Source: Bifidobacteriaceae bacterium (GTDB taxonomy: Bacteria > Actinomycetota > Actinomycetes > Actinomycetales > Bifidobacteriaceae). Taken from it: DNA of 64,000 nt. Position numbers and translations under genes: made by a program. Below the pieces are notes generated by a model. It made no database searches. It saw only the letters and a list, made by a program, of their open reading frames with translations, and was not told where the DNA came from. How positions within the stretch are numbered: position 1 is the first letter of the stretch; each line of letters begins with the position of its first letter. The stretch spans positions 8,841 to 72,840 of the forward strand of contig JALCQD010000006.1 in assembly GCA_022651005.1 (NCBI GenBank), given 5' to 3'. Below, in pieces: positions 45,150-56,538 of the stretch.

Positions 45150-47900
45150 GTGGCCGTTTCAAAGAAGAGTGCGTCCGGGAGTATTTCAGCGGACGACGCC
45201 CAAAAAGCAAAGCAGGACGCGACCGCTGCTGCAGAAAAAGAGGTCAACGAGAAAGTCAGTAAGGCTCTCGTTGCCCTGAAGAAGTTTGAGGAGCTCAATC
45301 AGGAGCAGGTCGACCACATTGTGGCTAAGGCATCCATTGCTGCCCTGAACAAGCACCTCGTCCTCGCAAAGATGGCGGTTGAAGAGACCGGCCGAGGCCG
45401 TGTCGAAGACAAGGCCGTCAAGAACATCTTCGCGTGCGAGCATGTCACCAACTACCTCGCCAAACAGCGCACAGTGGGAATCATCAGTGAGGACTCCGTG
45501 TCCGGCATTGTTGAGATCGCAGAGCCCGTTGGCGTGGTTGCCGGCGTCACCCCAGTTACCAACCCCACCTCGACGGCGATCTTCAAGGCGCTCATCGCGT
45601 TGAAGACTCGTTGCCCCATTGTCTTCGGCTTCCACCCCTTCGCCCAGAAGTGCTCCTCCGAGGCTGCACGCATTGTGCGTGACGCCGCTATCGAGGCCGG
45701 TGCGCCGCAGGACTGCATCCAGTGGATTGAACACCCGTCCATCGAAGCGACGAACTTCCTCATGCACGCCCCAGGCGTCGCTACCATTCTGGCGACTGGT
45801 GGACCTGGCATGGTCAAGGCCGCTTACACCTCCGGCAAGCCCGCGCTCGGTGTGGGCGCTGGCAACGCTCCGGCCTACGTCGACTCTGACGTGGACGTTG
45901 TGCGCGCTGTCAACGACATCGTGCTCTCCAAGCACTTCGACTACGGCATGATCTGCGCGACCGAGCAGGGTGCCATCATCAACAAGGATGTCTACGACGC
46001 AGTCATCAAGGAGATGAAGCGCCGTCATGTCTACTTCGTCAAGGGCGAAGAGAAATCAAAGCTCGAGAAGTACATGTTCGGCAAGGCCGCTTTCGCAGGC
46101 CCAGATGCCCCGGCACACGTTCTCAACAGCGTGGTTCCTGGAAAGTCTCCGCAATACATCGCCAAGGCCGCTGGTTTCTCAGTGCCCGACGACGTCACAG
46201 TGCTCGCTGCCGAGTGCTCTGAGATCAGCGAAGAAGAGCCTCTGACCTTCGAAAAGCTGTCCCCTGTTCTCGCTGTCATGAAGGCGGAGAACAAGGAAGA
46301 CGCCTTCACTCAGTGCGAGGCCATGCTCGTGCACGGTGCTGGCCACACTGCCACCATTCACACGAACAACGAGGATCTCGTACGCGAATACGGCCTGCGC
46401 ATGCACGCCTGCCGCATCGTGTGGAACTCTCCGAGCTCGTTGGGTGGCATCGGTGATATCTACAACGCCATCGCTCCTTCGCTGACGCTGGGCTGCGGTT
46501 CCTACGGCGGCAACTCCGTCGCAGGAAATGTGCAGGCAGTGAACCTTATCAACGTCAAGCGCATCGGGCGGAGGAACAACAACATGCAGTGGTTCAAGAT
46601 TCCGGCCAAGACCTACTTCGAGCCGAACGCCATTCAGTATCTGCGCGACATGGGTGACGTCAACCGTGTCGTGTTCGTGTGCGACAAGGTGATGGAAGAT
46701 CTCGGCATCATCGAGAAGGCCATTTCGATGCTGCGCCAGCGCCCCAACAAGGTGACGTACCGCATCATCGACTATGTGGAGCCTGAACCCTCGGTGGAGA
46801 CTGTGCAGCGTGGTGCCGCCATGATGCGCGACGAATTCCAGCCCGACACCATCATCGCTATCGGTGGTGGCTCGCCCATGGACGCCGCAAAGATCATGTG
46901 GCTGCTGTACGAACACCCCGAAATCGAGTTCTCCGATATCCGTGAGAAGTACTTCGACATTCGCAAGCGCGCTTTCAAGCTTCCTCCGCTGGGGAGCAAG
47001 GCCAAGCTCGTGGCCGTCCCCACGTCATCGGGAACCGGTTCCGAGGTCACGCCGTTTGCCGTGATCACCGATCACAAGACCGGTTACAAGTACCCCATCG
47101 CGGATTACGCGCTCACGCCGTCTGTCGCCATCGTGGATCCGGTTCTGGCTCGTACCCAGCCGCGTCGCCTGGCATCCGACTCTGGCTTCGACGCCCTGAC
47201 GCACGCCACGGAGGCCTATGTGTCCGTGTATGCCAACGATTTCACGGATGGCATGGCGCTGCACGCAGTGAAGCTCATCTGGAAGAACCTCGCACCGTCC
47301 GTGACGGAGGGCTCGTCCAATCCTGAGGCGCAGGAGAAGATGCACAACGCAGCTACCATCGCCGGCATGGCTTTTGGTTCTGCAATGCTTGGCATGTGCC
47401 ACGGCATGGCCCACACGATTGGCGCTCTGTGCCACATCGCGCACGGCCGTACCAACTCGATCCTGCTGCCGTACGTGGTGCGCTACAACGGTGAAGTTCC
47501 CGACGAGGCGACCAGCTGGCCGAAGTACTCCAAGTACGTGGCTGCTGAGCGCTACCAGGACATCGCCAAGCAGCTCGGTCTGCCCGCCTCAACTCCGGAA
47601 GAGGCCGTCGAGAGCTACGCGTCCGCGCTCGAGGATTACCGCGACAACAAGCTCGGAATGGATGCTACTTTCCAAGCTGCAGGTGTTGACGAGGATTACT
47701 TCTGGTCAGTTCTCGATCAGATCGGCATGCGCGCCTATGAAGATCAGTGCACGCCAGCTAACCCGCGCGTTCCTAACATTCAGGACATGAAGGACATCGC
47801 GATTGCCGCTTATTACGGCATCACGCGTGCCGAGGCGCATCAGCGTCGTGCTGAGCGTGAAGGTGCCGATGCCTTGCTGGAGGCGTCTGAGCGCATCTAA
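45150..47900 (+). CDS. adhE: Bifunctional acetaldehyde-CoA/alcohol dehydrogenase
   Basis: GTG start chosen 5 nt after GAGAGGAGGA. The N-terminal ALDH domain has its Cys in GMICATEQG. The C-terminal iron-ADH domain has GGGSPMDAAK and HGMAHTIGALCHIAHG. Confidence 0.93.
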   Translation: MAVSKKSASGSISADDAQKAKQDATAAAEKEVNEKVSKALVALKKFEELNQEQVDHIVAKASIAALNKHLVLAKMAVEETGRGRVEDKAVKNIFACEHVTNYLAKQRTVGIISEDSVSGIVEIAEPVGVVAGVTPVTNPTSTAIFKALIALKTRCPIVFGFHPFAQKCSSEAARIVRDAAIEAGAPQDCIQWIEHPSIEATNFLMHAPGVATILATGGPGMVKAAYTSGKPALGVGAGNAPAYVDSDVDVVRAVNDIVLSKHFDYGMICATEQGAIINKDVYDAVIKEMKRRHVYFVKGEEKSKLEKYMFGKAAFAGPDAPAHVLNSVVPGKSPQYIAKAAGFSVPDDVTVLAAECSEISEEEPLTFEKLSPVLAVMKAENKEDAFTQCEAMLVHGAGHTATIHTNNEDLVREYGLRMHACRIVWNSPSSLGGIGDIYNAIAPSLTLGCGSYGGNSVAGNVQAVNLINVKRIGRRNNNMQWFKIPAKTYFEPNAIQYLRDMGDVNRVVFVCDKVMEDLGIIEKAISMLRQRPNKVTYRIIDYVEPEPSVETVQRGAAMMRDEFQPDTIIAIGGGSPMDAAKIMWLLYEHPEIEFSDIREKYFDIRKRAFKLPPLGSKAKLVAVPTSSGTGSEVTPFAVITDHKTGYKYPIADYALTPSVAIVDPVLARTQPRRLASDSGFDALTHATEAYVSVYANDFTDGMALHAVKLIWKNLAPSVTEGSSNPEAQEKMHNAATIAGMAFGSAMLGMCHGMAHTIGALCHIAHGRTNSILLPYVVRYNGEVPDEATSWPKYSKYVAAERYQDIAKQLGLPASTPEEAVESYASALEDYRDNKLGMDATFQAAGVDEDYFWSVLDQIGMRAYEDQCTPANPRVPNIQDMKDIAIAAYYGITRAEAHQRRAEREGADALLEASERI

Positions 47901-47924
47901 CGCGCTGTTGAGGTAAGTTATTAC

Positions 47925-47957
47925 CGGGTCCGCATCCTTTGGGATGCGGACCCGTTT
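47925..47957 (+). terminator. Rho-independent terminator after adhE
   Basis: 13-bp stem CGGGTCCGCATCC-TTTG-GGATGCGGACCCG followed by TTT. Confidence 0.85.
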
Positions 47958-48258
47958 GCATGGGTTATGCCAGTGTTTTGATGAGGTGCTATGAATTCGC
48001 TGCAAATGAAGGCTTTCCACCGTATGTGAAACGCGACACACCCGGGTTGCGTCAGGGGACTCCATTGTGGTTTGATTGACAAGTTGCCTGTTTAGGCCTC
48101 GCAGATTTGTATATTAAATAGCGAGCGTGCCGTTTCCGCATGGGTTGCGGAAGGGCGGTGCGCACTGATGTGTCTCCGGTCGGAGTATTCCGTCCGCTGC
48201 GCTCTGAAGTGCCGAAATAGGTCAGATTATCGATACGAAAAGGAAAGGGCGTACGGCA

Positions 48259-48567
48259 ATGGCGGGACAGAAAATCCGCATCAGGCTTAAGTCCTATGAC
48301 CATGAGGTCATTGACCAGTCGGCGAAGAAGATCGTCGAGACGGTCACGAACGCGGGTGCGACGGTGGTCGGCCCGGTTCCTCTGCCAACAGAGAAGAATG
48401 TATATGTTGTCATTCGTTCTCCTCATAAGTACAAGGATTCTCGCGAGCATTTCGAAATGCGCACTCATAAGCGCCTCATCGACATCGTGGATCCGACGCC
48501 GAAGGCTGTTGATTCGCTGATGCGCATCGATTTGCCTGCAGACGTCAACATTGAGATCAAGCTGTAG
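48259..48567 (+). CDS. rpsJ: 30S ribosomal protein S10
   Basis: [15 protein letters not shown] signature; first gene of the S10 cluster. Confidence 0.97.
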   Translation: MAGQKIRIRLKSYDHEVIDQSAKKIVETVTNAGATVVGPVPLPTEKNVYVVIRSPHKYKDSREHFEMRTHKRLIDIVDPTPKAVDSLMRIDLPADVNIEIKL

Positions 48568-48583
48568 GGGAGGGGGAGAATAA

Positions 48584-49240
48584 ATGGCAAACGCAGAAAA
48601 CACTGAACGCAAGGCGCTGCTCGGCAAGAAGCTCGGCATGTCCCAGATCTGGGATGAGAACGGCTTCTTCGTCCCCGTGACCCTCGTCGATGTTTCCACC
48701 AATGTCGTCACCGCAGTCAAGACCGTCGAGTCCGACGGCTACGAGGCTGTGCAGTTCGGCTACGGCGCCATCGACCCCACCAAGGTCACCAAGCCGCTGG
48801 CGGGTCACTTCGCCAAGGCTGGCGTTACCCCGCGTCGTCACCTCGTTGAGGTGCGCACCGAGGACGTGGCTGATTACAAGCCCGGTCAGGAACTTGCTGT
48901 GGATACCTTCGCCGACGGAACTGACGTCGACGTAACAGGCACTTCAAAGGGCAAGGGCTTCGCCGGAACCATCAAGCGCTGGGGATTCACCTCCTATCGC
49001 CGTACGCACGGCTCGCACAAAAACGAGCGTCGCCCCGGTTCGGTTGGAGCATGCGCTACACCTAGCCGAATCCTCAAGGGAAAGCGCATGGCAGGCCGTA
49101 TGGGCAATGTCAAGCGCACCGTGCAGAACCTTCAGGTCGTCTCCATTGACGCCGAGGCCGGAATCATCGCCATCAAGGGCGCCGTTCCTGGTCCTAAGGG
49201 TTCCATCGTTCTCGTTCGCTCGGCAGTGAAGGGAGCCTGA
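48584..49240 (+). CDS. rplC: 50S ribosomal protein L3
   Basis: [13 protein letters not shown] and [10 protein letters not shown] motifs; conserved position. Confidence 0.97.
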   Translation: MANAENTERKALLGKKLGMSQIWDENGFFVPVTLVDVSTNVVTAVKTVESDGYEAVQFGYGAIDPTKVTKPLAGHFAKAGVTPRRHLVEVRTEDVADYKPGQELAVDTFADGTDVDVTGTSKGKGFAGTIKRWGFTSYRRTHGSHKNERRPGSVGACATPSRILKGKRMAGRMGNVKRTVQNLQVVSIDAEAGIIAIKGAVPGPKGSIVLVRSAVKGA

Positions 49241-49245
49241 GACCA

Positions 49246-49926
49246 ATGGCAAATGTTTCTCTGAAAGTAACCGACGCAAAGGGTAAGGCAGCCGGCAAGG
49301 TTGACGCACCCGCAGAGGTCTTCGGAATTTCCAGTGACGATGTGTACGCACACGTCCCGCTCGTTCACCAGGTTGTCATCGCTCAGCTCGCAGCAGCTCG
49401 CCAGGGCACCCATCAGGTGAAGAACCGCGCCCTCATCCAGGGTGGCGGCAAGAAGCCTTGGAAGCAGAAGGGAACAGGTCGCGCTCGTCAGGGTTCGATT
49501 CGTTCTCCTCAATTCGCTGGTGGCGCCATCGCTCACGGACCAGTTCCGCGCGATTACTCACAGCGCACCCCCAAGAAGATGAAGGCAGCAGCACTGCGCT
49601 TCGTCCTCTCTGATCGCGCAAACGCAGGTCGCGTCCACGTGGTGAAGAACTTCGGACTGAAGAACGACACCCCGTCGACGAAGGCCGCACTCGCAGCTCT
49701 TACGCCGTTGGTCGATAACCGCTTCGCTACGGTCGTCGTCTCCCGCGAGAACCTGAACGAGTGGATGTCCGTTCGCAATCTTACGAACGTGCACGTCCTG
49801 TTCGCTGATCAGCTCAACACCTACGACGTTGTGACCGCCGAGGATGTCGTCTTCACGCAAGACGGATTCGAGGAGTTCCTCAACACTCGCGTTGAGAAGA
49901 CCGTTCCAGAAGAGAAGGAGGCCTGA
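49246..49926 (+). CDS. rplD: 50S ribosomal protein L4
   Basis: KPWKQKGTGRARQGSIRSPQF motif; conserved position. Confidence 0.97.
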   Translation: MANVSLKVTDAKGKAAGKVDAPAEVFGISSDDVYAHVPLVHQVVIAQLAAARQGTHQVKNRALIQGGGKKPWKQKGTGRARQGSIRSPQFAGGAIAHGPVPRDYSQRTPKKMKAAALRFVLSDRANAGRVHVVKNFGLKNDTPSTKAALAALTPLVDNRFATVVVSRENLNEWMSVRNLTNVHVLFADQLNTYDVVTAEDVVFTQDGFEEFLNTRVEKTVPEEKEA

Positions 49927-49931
49927 GTTAG

Positions 49932-50231
49932 ATGGCTGAAGCAATTCACAAGCCCGCACAGGACATCATCCTCAAGCCCGTCGTCTCTGAGAAGAGCTAT
50001 GCAAATTCGGATCGTGGACAGTACACCTTCGTGGTGGCTCCTGATGCGAACAAAGTTCAGATCAAGCAGGCGATTGAGCAGATCTTCAAGGTGAAGGTCG
50101 TTTCTGTCAACACCCTTAACCGTGCCGGCAAGCGCCAGCGCACGCGTACGGGATTCGGCCAGCGCGTTTCGCAGAAGCGTGCAATCGTTACGGTTGCAGC
50201 TGGTCAGCAGATCGACATCTTCGGTAACTGA
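49932..50231 (+). CDS. rplW: 50S ribosomal protein L23
   Basis: Size, VSEKS...YTF motif and conserved position. Confidence 0.95.
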   Translation: MAEAIHKPAQDIILKPVVSEKSYANSDRGQYTFVVAPDANKVQIKQAIEQIFKVKVVSVNTLNRAGKRQRTRTGFGQRVSQKRAIVTVAAGQQIDIFGN

Positions 50232-50261
50232 AGGCTAGCCGAGAAAGTTAGGTACTAAATT

Positions 50262-51092
50262 ATGGCTATCCGCACATACAAGCCAATGACCGCAGGCCGT
50301 CGTAACGCCTCGGTGTCGGATTTCTCCGACCTGACCCGTTCCAACGGTGAGAAGTCTTTGCTTCGCCCGTTGAGCAAGACCGGTGGTCGCAACTCCTACG
50401 GACGCATCACGTCCCGCCATCGCGGTGGCGGCCACAAGCGTCAGTATCGTCTCATCGACTTCAAGCGTTGGGACAAGGACGGCGTTCCGGCAAAGGTCGC
50501 TCACATCGAGTATGACCCGAACCGTACCGCTCGCATTGCACTGCTGCACTTTGCAGATGGTGAGAAGCGCTACATCTTGGCTCCTGAGGGAATCAAGCAG
50601 GGCGACGTCATCGAGACCGGTGCTCAGGCAGATATCAAGCCTGGCAACAACCTGCCTCTCGCAAACATTCCTACTGGTACCATCGTCCACGCCATCGAGC
50701 TTCGCCCTCTGGGCGGCGCAAAGATCGCGCGTTCCGCTGGTGCAGGCGTTCAGCTGGTTGCAAAGGATGGCGCGTACGCACAGTTGCGCATGCCGTCCGG
50801 CGAAATCCGCAACGTTGAGGCAAGCTGCCGCGCAACGGTGGGCGAGGTCGGCAACTCCGATCACGCAAACCTTGAGCTCGGCAAGGCAGGCCGCGCACGT
50901 TGGAAGGGTCATCGTCCCATCACTCGTGGTGAGTCCATGAACCCTGTCGATCACCCGCATGGTGGACGTACTCGTGGCGGTAAGCCGCCGCAGTCTCCTT
51001 GGGGTAAGGGCGAAGTTCGTACTCGCCACCCGAAGAAGGCTTCGAACAAGATGATCGTTCGTCGCCGTCCGTCCGGTAAGAATCGCAAGTAA
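50262..51092 (+). CDS. rplB: 50S ribosomal protein L2
   Basis: [14 protein letters not shown] and HPHGGG-like ([11 protein letters not shown]) motifs. Confidence 0.97.
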   Translation: MAIRTYKPMTAGRRNASVSDFSDLTRSNGEKSLLRPLSKTGGRNSYGRITSRHRGGGHKRQYRLIDFKRWDKDGVPAKVAHIEYDPNRTARIALLHFADGEKRYILAPEGIKQGDVIETGAQADIKPGNNLPLANIPTGTIVHAIELRPLGGAKIARSAGAGVQLVAKDGAYAQLRMPSGEIRNVEASCRATVGEVGNSDHANLELGKAGRARWKGHRPITRGESMNPVDHPHGGRTRGGKPPQSPWGKGEVRTRHPKKASNKMIVRRRPSGKNRK

Positions 51093-51106
51093 GGGAGCGT
51101 CACCAG

Positions 51107-51385
51107 ATGACTAGAAGCATCAAGAAGGGCCCATTCGTTGACGCCCACTTGCAGAAGAAAGTCGACGAGCAGAATGAAAAGGGCACGAAGAACGTCATCA
51201 AGACGTGGTCGCGCCGTTCGATGATCACTCCTGACTTCATCGGTATGACTTTCGCCGTTCATGACGGTCGTAAGCATGTTCCGGTGTTCGTCACGGAGGC
51301 GATGGTTGGTCACAAGCTCGGAGAGTTCGCTCCTACGCGCACTTTCCGCGGCCATGTGAAGGACGACAAGAAGGCACGCCGCTAA
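51107..51385 (+). CDS. rpsS: 30S ribosomal protein S19
   Basis: [10 protein letters not shown] and [11 protein letters not shown] motifs. Confidence 0.97.
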   Translation: MTRSIKKGPFVDAHLQKKVDEQNEKGTKNVIKTWSRRSMITPDFIGMTFAVHDGRKHVPVFVTEAMVGHKLGEFAPTRTFRGHVKDDKKARR

Positions 51386-51407
51386 AGGCGAGGGAGAGTA
51401 TAGACAC

Positions 51408-51773
51408 ATGGAAGCTAAAGCAATTGCCCGTCACGTCCGCGTGACGCCGCGCAAGGCTCGCCGCGTCGTCGACCTCATCCGAGGCAAGAAGGCGACGGAA
51501 GCCATTACCATTCTCAAGTTTGCTCCGCAGTCGGCGGCAACGCCGGTTCGCAAGACTCTTGAGTCCGCTATCGCAAACGCACGAGTGAAGGCCGACAAGG
51601 CGAACGAACCGTTCCGTGAGAACGATCTCGTTATCACCAAGGCCTTTGTTGATGAGGGCGCGACACTGAAGAGGTTCCGCGCACGTGCCCAGGGCCGTGC
51701 CGCTCGAATCCTCAAGCGCACCAGCCACATCACCGTTGTCGTTGCTACGCTCGACAAGGAAGGAGCCCGATAA
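51408..51773 (+). CDS. rplV: 50S ribosomal protein L22
   Basis: [17 protein letters not shown] motif; conserved position. Confidence 0.96.
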   Translation: MEAKAIARHVRVTPRKARRVVDLIRGKKATEAITILKFAPQSAATPVRKTLESAIANARVKADKANEPFRENDLVITKAFVDEGATLKRFRARAQGRAARILKRTSHITVVVATLDKEGAR

Positions 51774-52582
51774 TGGGACAGAAGATTAACCCGTTCGGCT
51801 ACCGCCTTGGCATCACCGAATCTCACCGCTCCAAGTGGTTCTCTGATTCGACGAAGCCGGGAGAGCGTTACCGCGACTTCGTGGGCGAGGATGACAAGAT
51901 CCGCAAGGCCATGAATGCTGATCTGGAGCGCGCAGGCGTTTCCAAGATCACCATTGAGCGCACTCGCGATCGCGTTCGCGTCGACATCTATACCGCACGT
52001 CCGGGCATTGTCATCGGCCGTCGTGGTGCAGAGGCAGATCGCGTCCGCGCAAAGCTCGAGAAGCTCACTGGCAAGCAGGTTCAGCTCAACATCTTCGAAG
52101 TGAAGAACCCCGCAATCGACGCGCAGTTGGTTGCACAGGGCATCGCTGAGCAGCTCACCAACCGCGTCACGTTCCGTCGTGCAATGCGTAAGGCACAGCA
52201 GGATGCAATGCGCGCTGGAGCAAAGGGAATTCGTATCAAGCTCTCCGGACGCCTCGGAGGCGCCGAGATGAGCCGTTCCGAGTTCTACCGCGAAGGCCGC
52301 GTTCCGCTTCAGACGCTTCGTGCACTCATCGATTACGGCTTCTTTGAAGCCCGTACAACTTACGGTCGCATTGGCGTCAAGGTTTGGATTTACAAGGGCG
52401 ATATGACTGCTAAGGAATTCGACGAGCAGCAGGCGGCACAGGGTAACCGAGGCGGACGCCGCGGCGACAACCGCCGTCCGCGCCGCGCACCTCGCGCCCA
52501 GGCCGCACAGAGCAACGCCGCACCTCAGGCTGCTGCACCCGCAGCTGCCGAGGCAAAGCCGGCTGAAGAAACGAAGGAGTGA
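51773..52582 (+). CDS. rpsC: 30S ribosomal protein S3 (with basic/Ala-rich C-terminal tail)
   Basis: [15 protein letters not shown] signature. The ATG overlaps the rplV stop by 1 nt. Confidence 0.97.
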   Translation: MGQKINPFGYRLGITESHRSKWFSDSTKPGERYRDFVGEDDKIRKAMNADLERAGVSKITIERTRDRVRVDIYTARPGIVIGRRGAEADRVRAKLEKLTGKQVQLNIFEVKNPAIDAQLVAQGIAEQLTNRVTFRRAMRKAQQDAMRAGAKGIRIKLSGRLGGAEMSRSEFYREGRVPLQTLRALIDYGFFEARTTYGRIGVKVWIYKGDMTAKEFDEQQAAQGNRGGRRGDNRRPRRAPRAQAAQSNAAPQAAAPAAAEAKPAEETKE

Positions 52583-52586
52583 GCAG

Positions 52587-53006
52587 ATGCTTATCCCAAA
52601 GAGGGTTAAATATCGCAAGCAACACCGTCCGGGCCGCAAGGGCATGTCAAAGGGCGGAAACCAGATCGCTTTCGGTGATTACGGCATCCAGGCACTTGCT
52701 CCCGCGTATCTGACCAACCGTCAGATCGAGGCCGCTCGTATTGCTATGACGCGTTTCATCAAGCGCGGTGGCCGCGTGTGGATCACGGTTTTCCCTGATC
52801 GCCCGCTGACCAAGCACCCTGCTGAAGCTCGAATGGGTTCCGGCAAGGGCGCGCCTGAGTTCTGGGTTGCAAACATCAAGCCTGGTCGCGTGATGTTCGA
52901 GCTCGGTGGCGTGACGGAGGATGTCGCTCATGAGGCTCTGCGCCGCGCGATCGACAAGCTCCCGATGAAGTGCAGGATCATTTCCCGTGAAGGTGGTGAG
53001 AACTGA
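52587..53006 (+). CDS. rplP: 50S ribosomal protein L16
   Basis: [14 protein letters not shown] signature. Confidence 0.97.
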   Translation: MLIPKRVKYRKQHRPGRKGMSKGGNQIAFGDYGIQALAPAYLTNRQIEAARIAMTRFIKRGGRVWITVFPDRPLTKHPAEARMGSGKGAPEFWVANIKPGRVMFELGGVTEDVAHEALRRAIDKLPMKCRIISREGGEN

Positions 53007-53007
53007 T

Positions 53008-53295
53008 ATGGCAGTTGGCACAGCAGAGTACTCCATCAAGGAGCTCAACGGAAAGACCAATGCTGAGATTCAGGAGTTCCTCAAGAAGTCCAAGGAAGAA
53101 CTCTTCAATCTGCGTTTCCAGTCCGCGACAGGTCAGCTGAGCAACAGCTCCCGCCTCAAGGCCGTGAAGCACGACATCGCGAGGATGTACACGGTTCTGC
53201 GTGAGCGTGAACTTGGCATCACGACCGAGCCGGCGGAATCGGCACCGTCCGAGAAGAAGGCTTCCAAGAAGTCTTCGAAGAAGTCTGAGGAGTAA
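53008..53295 (+). CDS. rpmC: 50S ribosomal protein L29
   Basis: Start at the internal Met ([13 protein letters not shown]), right after the rplP stop. ELFNLRFQ motif. Confidence 0.93.
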   Translation: MAVGTAEYSIKELNGKTNAEIQEFLKKSKEELFNLRFQSATGQLSNSSRLKAVKHDIARMYTVLRERELGITTEPAESAPSEKKASKKSSKKSEE

Positions 53296-53297
53296 AA

Positions 53298-53576
53298 ATG
53301 GCTGAAGCACAGGCTCAGGAAACTGAGAGGAACGCTCGCAAGGTCCGCCGTGGCTACGTCGTCTCTGAGGCGATGGACAAGACCATCACGGTTGAGATCG
53401 AGCAGCGCTCCACCCACCCGCTCTATGGCAAGGTCGTTCGCTCCACTCGTAAGGTCAAGGCACATGATGAGCAGAACAGCGCTCACCTTGGCGACCTCGT
53501 GAGTATTATGGAGACTCGGCCGCTTAGCAAGACGAAGCGCTGGCGTTTGCTGGACATCGTCGAGCGTGCAAAGTAA
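53298..53576 (+). CDS. rpsQ: 30S ribosomal protein S17
   Basis: [19 protein letters not shown] and HDE motif region; conserved position. Confidence 0.96.
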   Translation: MAEAQAQETERNARKVRRGYVVSEAMDKTITVEIEQRSTHPLYGKVVRSTRKVKAHDEQNSAHLGDLVSIMETRPLSKTKRWRLLDIVERAK

Positions 53577-53593
53577 GTAAAAGTTCGGCAAGG

Positions 53594-53631
53594 CTCTCTG
53601 CACACCGTCCTGAGGGATGGTGTGCAGAGAG
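53594..53631 (+). terminator. Hairpin at the S10/spc cluster boundary (17-bp stem, one G:U pair)
   Basis: CTCTCTGCACACCGTCC-TGAG-GGATGGTGTGCAGAGAG between rpsQ and rplN, with no clear U-tract. It may act as an attenuator or processing site rather than a full terminator. Confidence 0.45.
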
Positions 53632-53655
53632 GACCAGCTCGGCTAAGGAGAATCA

Positions 53656-54024
53656 ATGATTCAGCAAGAATCGCGACTTCATGTCGCCGACAACACGGGT
53701 GCCAAGGAGATCTTGGCTATCCGCGTGCTCGGTGGCTCGAAGCGCCGTTATGCCGGCATTGGCGACGTCATCGTCGCGACCGTCAAGGATGCAATTCCTG
53801 GCGGGTCGGTCAAGAAGGGCGAGGTCGTTAAGGCGGTCGTCGTCCGTACAGTTAAGGAATCTCGTCGTAACGACGGTTCCTACATCAAGTTCGATGAGAA
53901 CGCCGCAGTCATCCTGGGCAACGGCAACGAACCGCGCGGAACCCGTATCTTCGGACCTGTCGGTCGCGAGCTTCGCGATCACAAGTTCATGAAGATCGTT
54001 TCCCTCGCACCGGAGGTGATCTGA
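53656..54024 (+). CDS. rplN: 50S ribosomal protein L14
   Basis: [18 protein letters not shown] signature. Confidence 0.97.
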   Translation: MIQQESRLHVADNTGAKEILAIRVLGGSKRRYAGIGDVIVATVKDAIPGGSVKKGEVVKAVVVRTVKESRRNDGSYIKFDENAAVILGNGNEPRGTRIFGPVGRELRDHKFMKIVSLAPEVI

Positions 54025-54363
54025 GTGGCAGCGAAGATTAAGACTGGCGATCTCGTCCAGGTTATTCGCGGCAAGGATCGCGGCAACCAGGGTAAGGTCA
54101 AGCAGGTTCTCGACAATGACAAGCTCATCGTTGAAGGCGTGCAGATCGTCAAGAAGCACATTCGTGCAACTCAGCAGGGTCAGGAATCTGGAATCGTGTC
54201 CGTAGAGGCTCCGATTCATCGTTCCAACGTCATGCTGGTGGATCCTGAGACGAAGAAGCCGACCCGCGTTGGCATCGTCGTTAAGCAGGAGGCACGCGAC
54301 GGCAAGCCCAAGAACGTTCGCGTTCGCGTGGCGAAGAAGTCAGGCAAGGAGCTGGAAGCATGA
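54025..54363 (+). CDS. rplX: 50S ribosomal protein L24
   Basis: GTG start directly after the rplN stop. [15 protein letters not shown] (KOW) motif. Confidence 0.95.
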   Translation: MAAKIKTGDLVQVIRGKDRGNQGKVKQVLDNDKLIVEGVQIVKKHIRATQQGQESGIVSVEAPIHRSNVMLVDPETKKPTRVGIVVKQEARDGKPKNVRVRVAKKSGKELEA

Positions 54364-54932
54364 GCGATGCAGTAATCGAAGCACCGGCAGTACCGCGCCT
54401 CAAGAAGCAGTACGCAGAAGAAATCCTTCCGGCAATGGAGAAGGAGTTCAACTACACGAACCCGAACCACGTGGCGAAGCTTGAGAAAGTTATCGTCTCC
54501 ATGGGCGTGGGTGACGCAGCTCGAGACTCCAAGCTCATTGAAGGTGCCATTTCGGATCTGACGGCCATCACAGGCCAGAAGCCGAAGGTCACCAAGGCCC
54601 GCAAGTCTGTTGCTCAGTTCCATCTTCGCGAGGGACAGGCAATTGGCGCATACGTTACCCTTCGTGGTGACCGCATGTGGGAGTTCCTGGATCGCCTTCT
54701 GACGCTCGCTCTTCCCCGAATTCGTGATTTCCGTGGTATCAGCGGAAAGCAGTTCGACGGAAACGGAAACTATAACTTCGGTCTGACCGAGCAGTCGATG
54801 TTCCACGAGATTGATCCGGATAACATCGATCATCGCCGTGGTATGGATATCACCGTTGTGACGTCGACCAAGAACGACGACGAGGCTCGCGTGCTGCTGA
54901 AGCACCTGGGCTTCCCGTTCAAGGAGAACTGA
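54360..54932 (+). CDS. rplE: 50S ribosomal protein L5
   Basis: ATGA overlap with rpl[10 protein letters not shown] and conserved L5 motifs. Confidence 0.96.
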   Translation: MSDAVIEAPAVPRLKKQYAEEILPAMEKEFNYTNPNHVAKLEKVIVSMGVGDAARDSKLIEGAISDLTAITGQKPKVTKARKSVAQFHLREGQAIGAYVTLRGDRMWEFLDRLLTLALPRIRDFRGISGKQFDGNGNYNFGLTEQSMFHEIDPDNIDHRRGMDITVVTSTKNDDEARVLLKHLGFPFKEN

Positions 54933-54933
54933 T

Positions 54934-55119
54934 ATGGCGAAAACCGCTCTGAAGCAAAAGGCTGCCGCTAAGCCAAAGTTCAAGGTGCGTGGCTACACGC
55001 GCTGCCAGGTCTGCGGACGTCCCCACTCCGTCTACCGTAAGTTCGGCCTCTGCCGTGTGTGCTTCCGCAACATGGCTCACGCAGGCGAACTGCCCGGCAT
55101 CACGAAGTCCAGCTGGTAA
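54934..55119 (+). CDS. rpsZ: 30S ribosomal protein S14, zinc-binding type Z
   Basis: 61 aa with [22 protein letters not shown] (CxxC...CxxC). Confidence 0.96.
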   Translation: MAKTALKQKAAAKPKFKVRGYTRCQVCGRPHSVYRKFGLCRVCFRNMAHAGELPGITKSSW

Positions 55120-55210
55120 AAAATCGACGCTGAAGGTCCGCGGCCGTTGCTCCTCACATAAGTGAGGGGCGCGGCGGCGGAAACCACGGCGAGGAAGGGC
55201 ACAAGCCCAC

Positions 55211-55609
55211 ATGACTATGACAGATCCAATCGCAGACATGCTAACGCGTCTGCGGAATGCAAGTGCGGCCAAGCACGAGACGGTTGAGATGCCGTACTCG
55301 AAGTTCAAGGCAAACATCGCACAGATCCTCAAGCGCGAGGGTTACATTGCCGACTACGCCGCGAAAGAGGCAAAGGTCGGTCAAACACTTGAGCTCACAC
55401 TCAAGTACGGTTCCAACGGTGAACAGAGCATCGAGGGAATCAAGCGCGTTTCGAAGCCTGGTCTTCGTCGTTACACGAAGTCCGACAGCTTGCCCATGCC
55501 TTTGGGTGGCCTCGGCATCGCGATCATTTCGACGAGCGCTGGACTCATGACCCAAAAAGAATGCCTCCAGCAGGGCATCGGCGGCGAGATCGTCGCCTAC
55601 GTTTGGTGA
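55211..55609 (+). CDS. rpsH: 30S ribosomal protein S8
   Basis: [13 protein letters not shown] signature. Confidence 0.97.
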   Translation: MTMTDPIADMLTRLRNASAAKHETVEMPYSKFKANIAQILKREGYIADYAAKEAKVGQTLELTLKYGSNGEQSIEGIKRVSKPGLRRYTKSDSLPMPLGGLGIAIISTSAGLMTQKECLQQGIGGEIVAYVW

Positions 55610-55625
55610 AAGGAGCTGAACTACT

Positions 55626-56165
55626 ATGGCATCACATATCGGTAAGCTTCCTGTCACAATTCCTGCGGGCGTTGACGTGAAGATCGAAGGAACCACCTTC
55701 AGTGCCAAGGGCGCTAAGGGCTCCGATTCCTACGAGATTCCCGAGGGCATTACAGCTCGCGTCGAGGGGACTGAAGTTCTCGTCGAGGCAGCGAATGATG
55801 AGCGTGAGACTCGTGCAAAGCACGGTCTGAGCCGTTCCATCATCGACTCGGTCGTCAAGGGCGTTCACGAGGGCTTCGAGAAGAAGCTTGAGATCGTTGG
55901 AACTGGTTACCGCGTTCAGGCCAAGGGCAAGGGACTTGAATTCTCCCTCGGCTATTCGCACACCATCACTGTGAACCCGCCGGAAGGCATTTCGTTCATT
56001 GTTGAGTCTCCTACGAACATCACTGTCAGCGGTACCGACAAGCAGGCCGTTGGAGAGGTTGCTGCGAACATTCGTAAGCTCCGCGCTCCCGAACCTTATA
56101 AGGGCAAGGGTATCAAGTACGTCGGCGAGCACATTCGTCGCAAGGCTGGAAAGGCTGGTAAGTGA
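55626..56165 (+). CDS. rplF: 50S ribosomal protein L6
   Basis: [14 protein letters not shown] signature and PEPYKGKGI motif. Confidence 0.97.
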   Translation: MASHIGKLPVTIPAGVDVKIEGTTFSAKGAKGSDSYEIPEGITARVEGTEVLVEAANDERETRAKHGLSRSIIDSVVKGVHEGFEKKLEIVGTGYRVQAKGKGLEFSLGYSHTITVNPPEGISFIVESPTNITVSGTDKQAVGEVAANIRKLRAPEPYKGKGIKYVGEHIRRKAGKAGK

Positions 56166-56166
56166 T

Positions 56167-56538
56167 ATGACAGTCAAAGTTTTCGGTAAGGGTCCAGCTG
56201 TTGCACGCGTTCGTCGTCACGTCCGTCTTCGCAAGAGGATTCTCGGCACGGAAGAGCGTCCCCGTCTGGTTGTTCGCCGTTCAAATCGTCACATGGTCGC
56301 TCAGGTGATCGACGATACGAAGGGCATCACCTTGGCAAGCGCTTCGACTATTACTGCCGATTTTGCTGACTTCAAGGGCACCAAGACCGAAGCCGCCAAG
56401 AAGGTTGGCGAACTGGTTGCTGAGCGTGCTAAGAAGGCCGGCGTCACTGCTGTTGTCTTCGACCGTGGTGGCTATCAGTATCACGGCCGTGTTGCGGCCG
56501 TCGCCGATGGCGCTCGTGAAGGAGGGCTGCAGCTGTGA
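56167..56538 (+). CDS. rplR: 50S ribosomal protein L18
   Basis: Start at the internal Met (MTVKVFGKG), directly after the rplF stop. [19 protein letters not shown] motif. Confidence 0.94.
   Translation: MTVKVFGKGPAVARVRRHVRLRKRILGTEERPRLVVRRSNRHMVAQVIDDTKGITLASASTITADFADFKGTKTEAAKKVGELVAERAKKAGVTAVVFDRGGYQYHGRVAAVADGAREGGLQL

Noticed and set aside
48076-48116. Defined rpsJ promoter (TTGACA ... TATATT)
   Set aside because: The spacing between the best -35 and -10 candidates is 28 nt, which is non-canonical. It is mentioned in a finding but not called as a feature.
51431-52645. 404-aa minus-strand ORF opposite rplV-rpsC
   Set aside because: It is antisense to highly conserved ribosomal protein genes, has no motifs, and has a composition typical of spurious high-GC ORFs.
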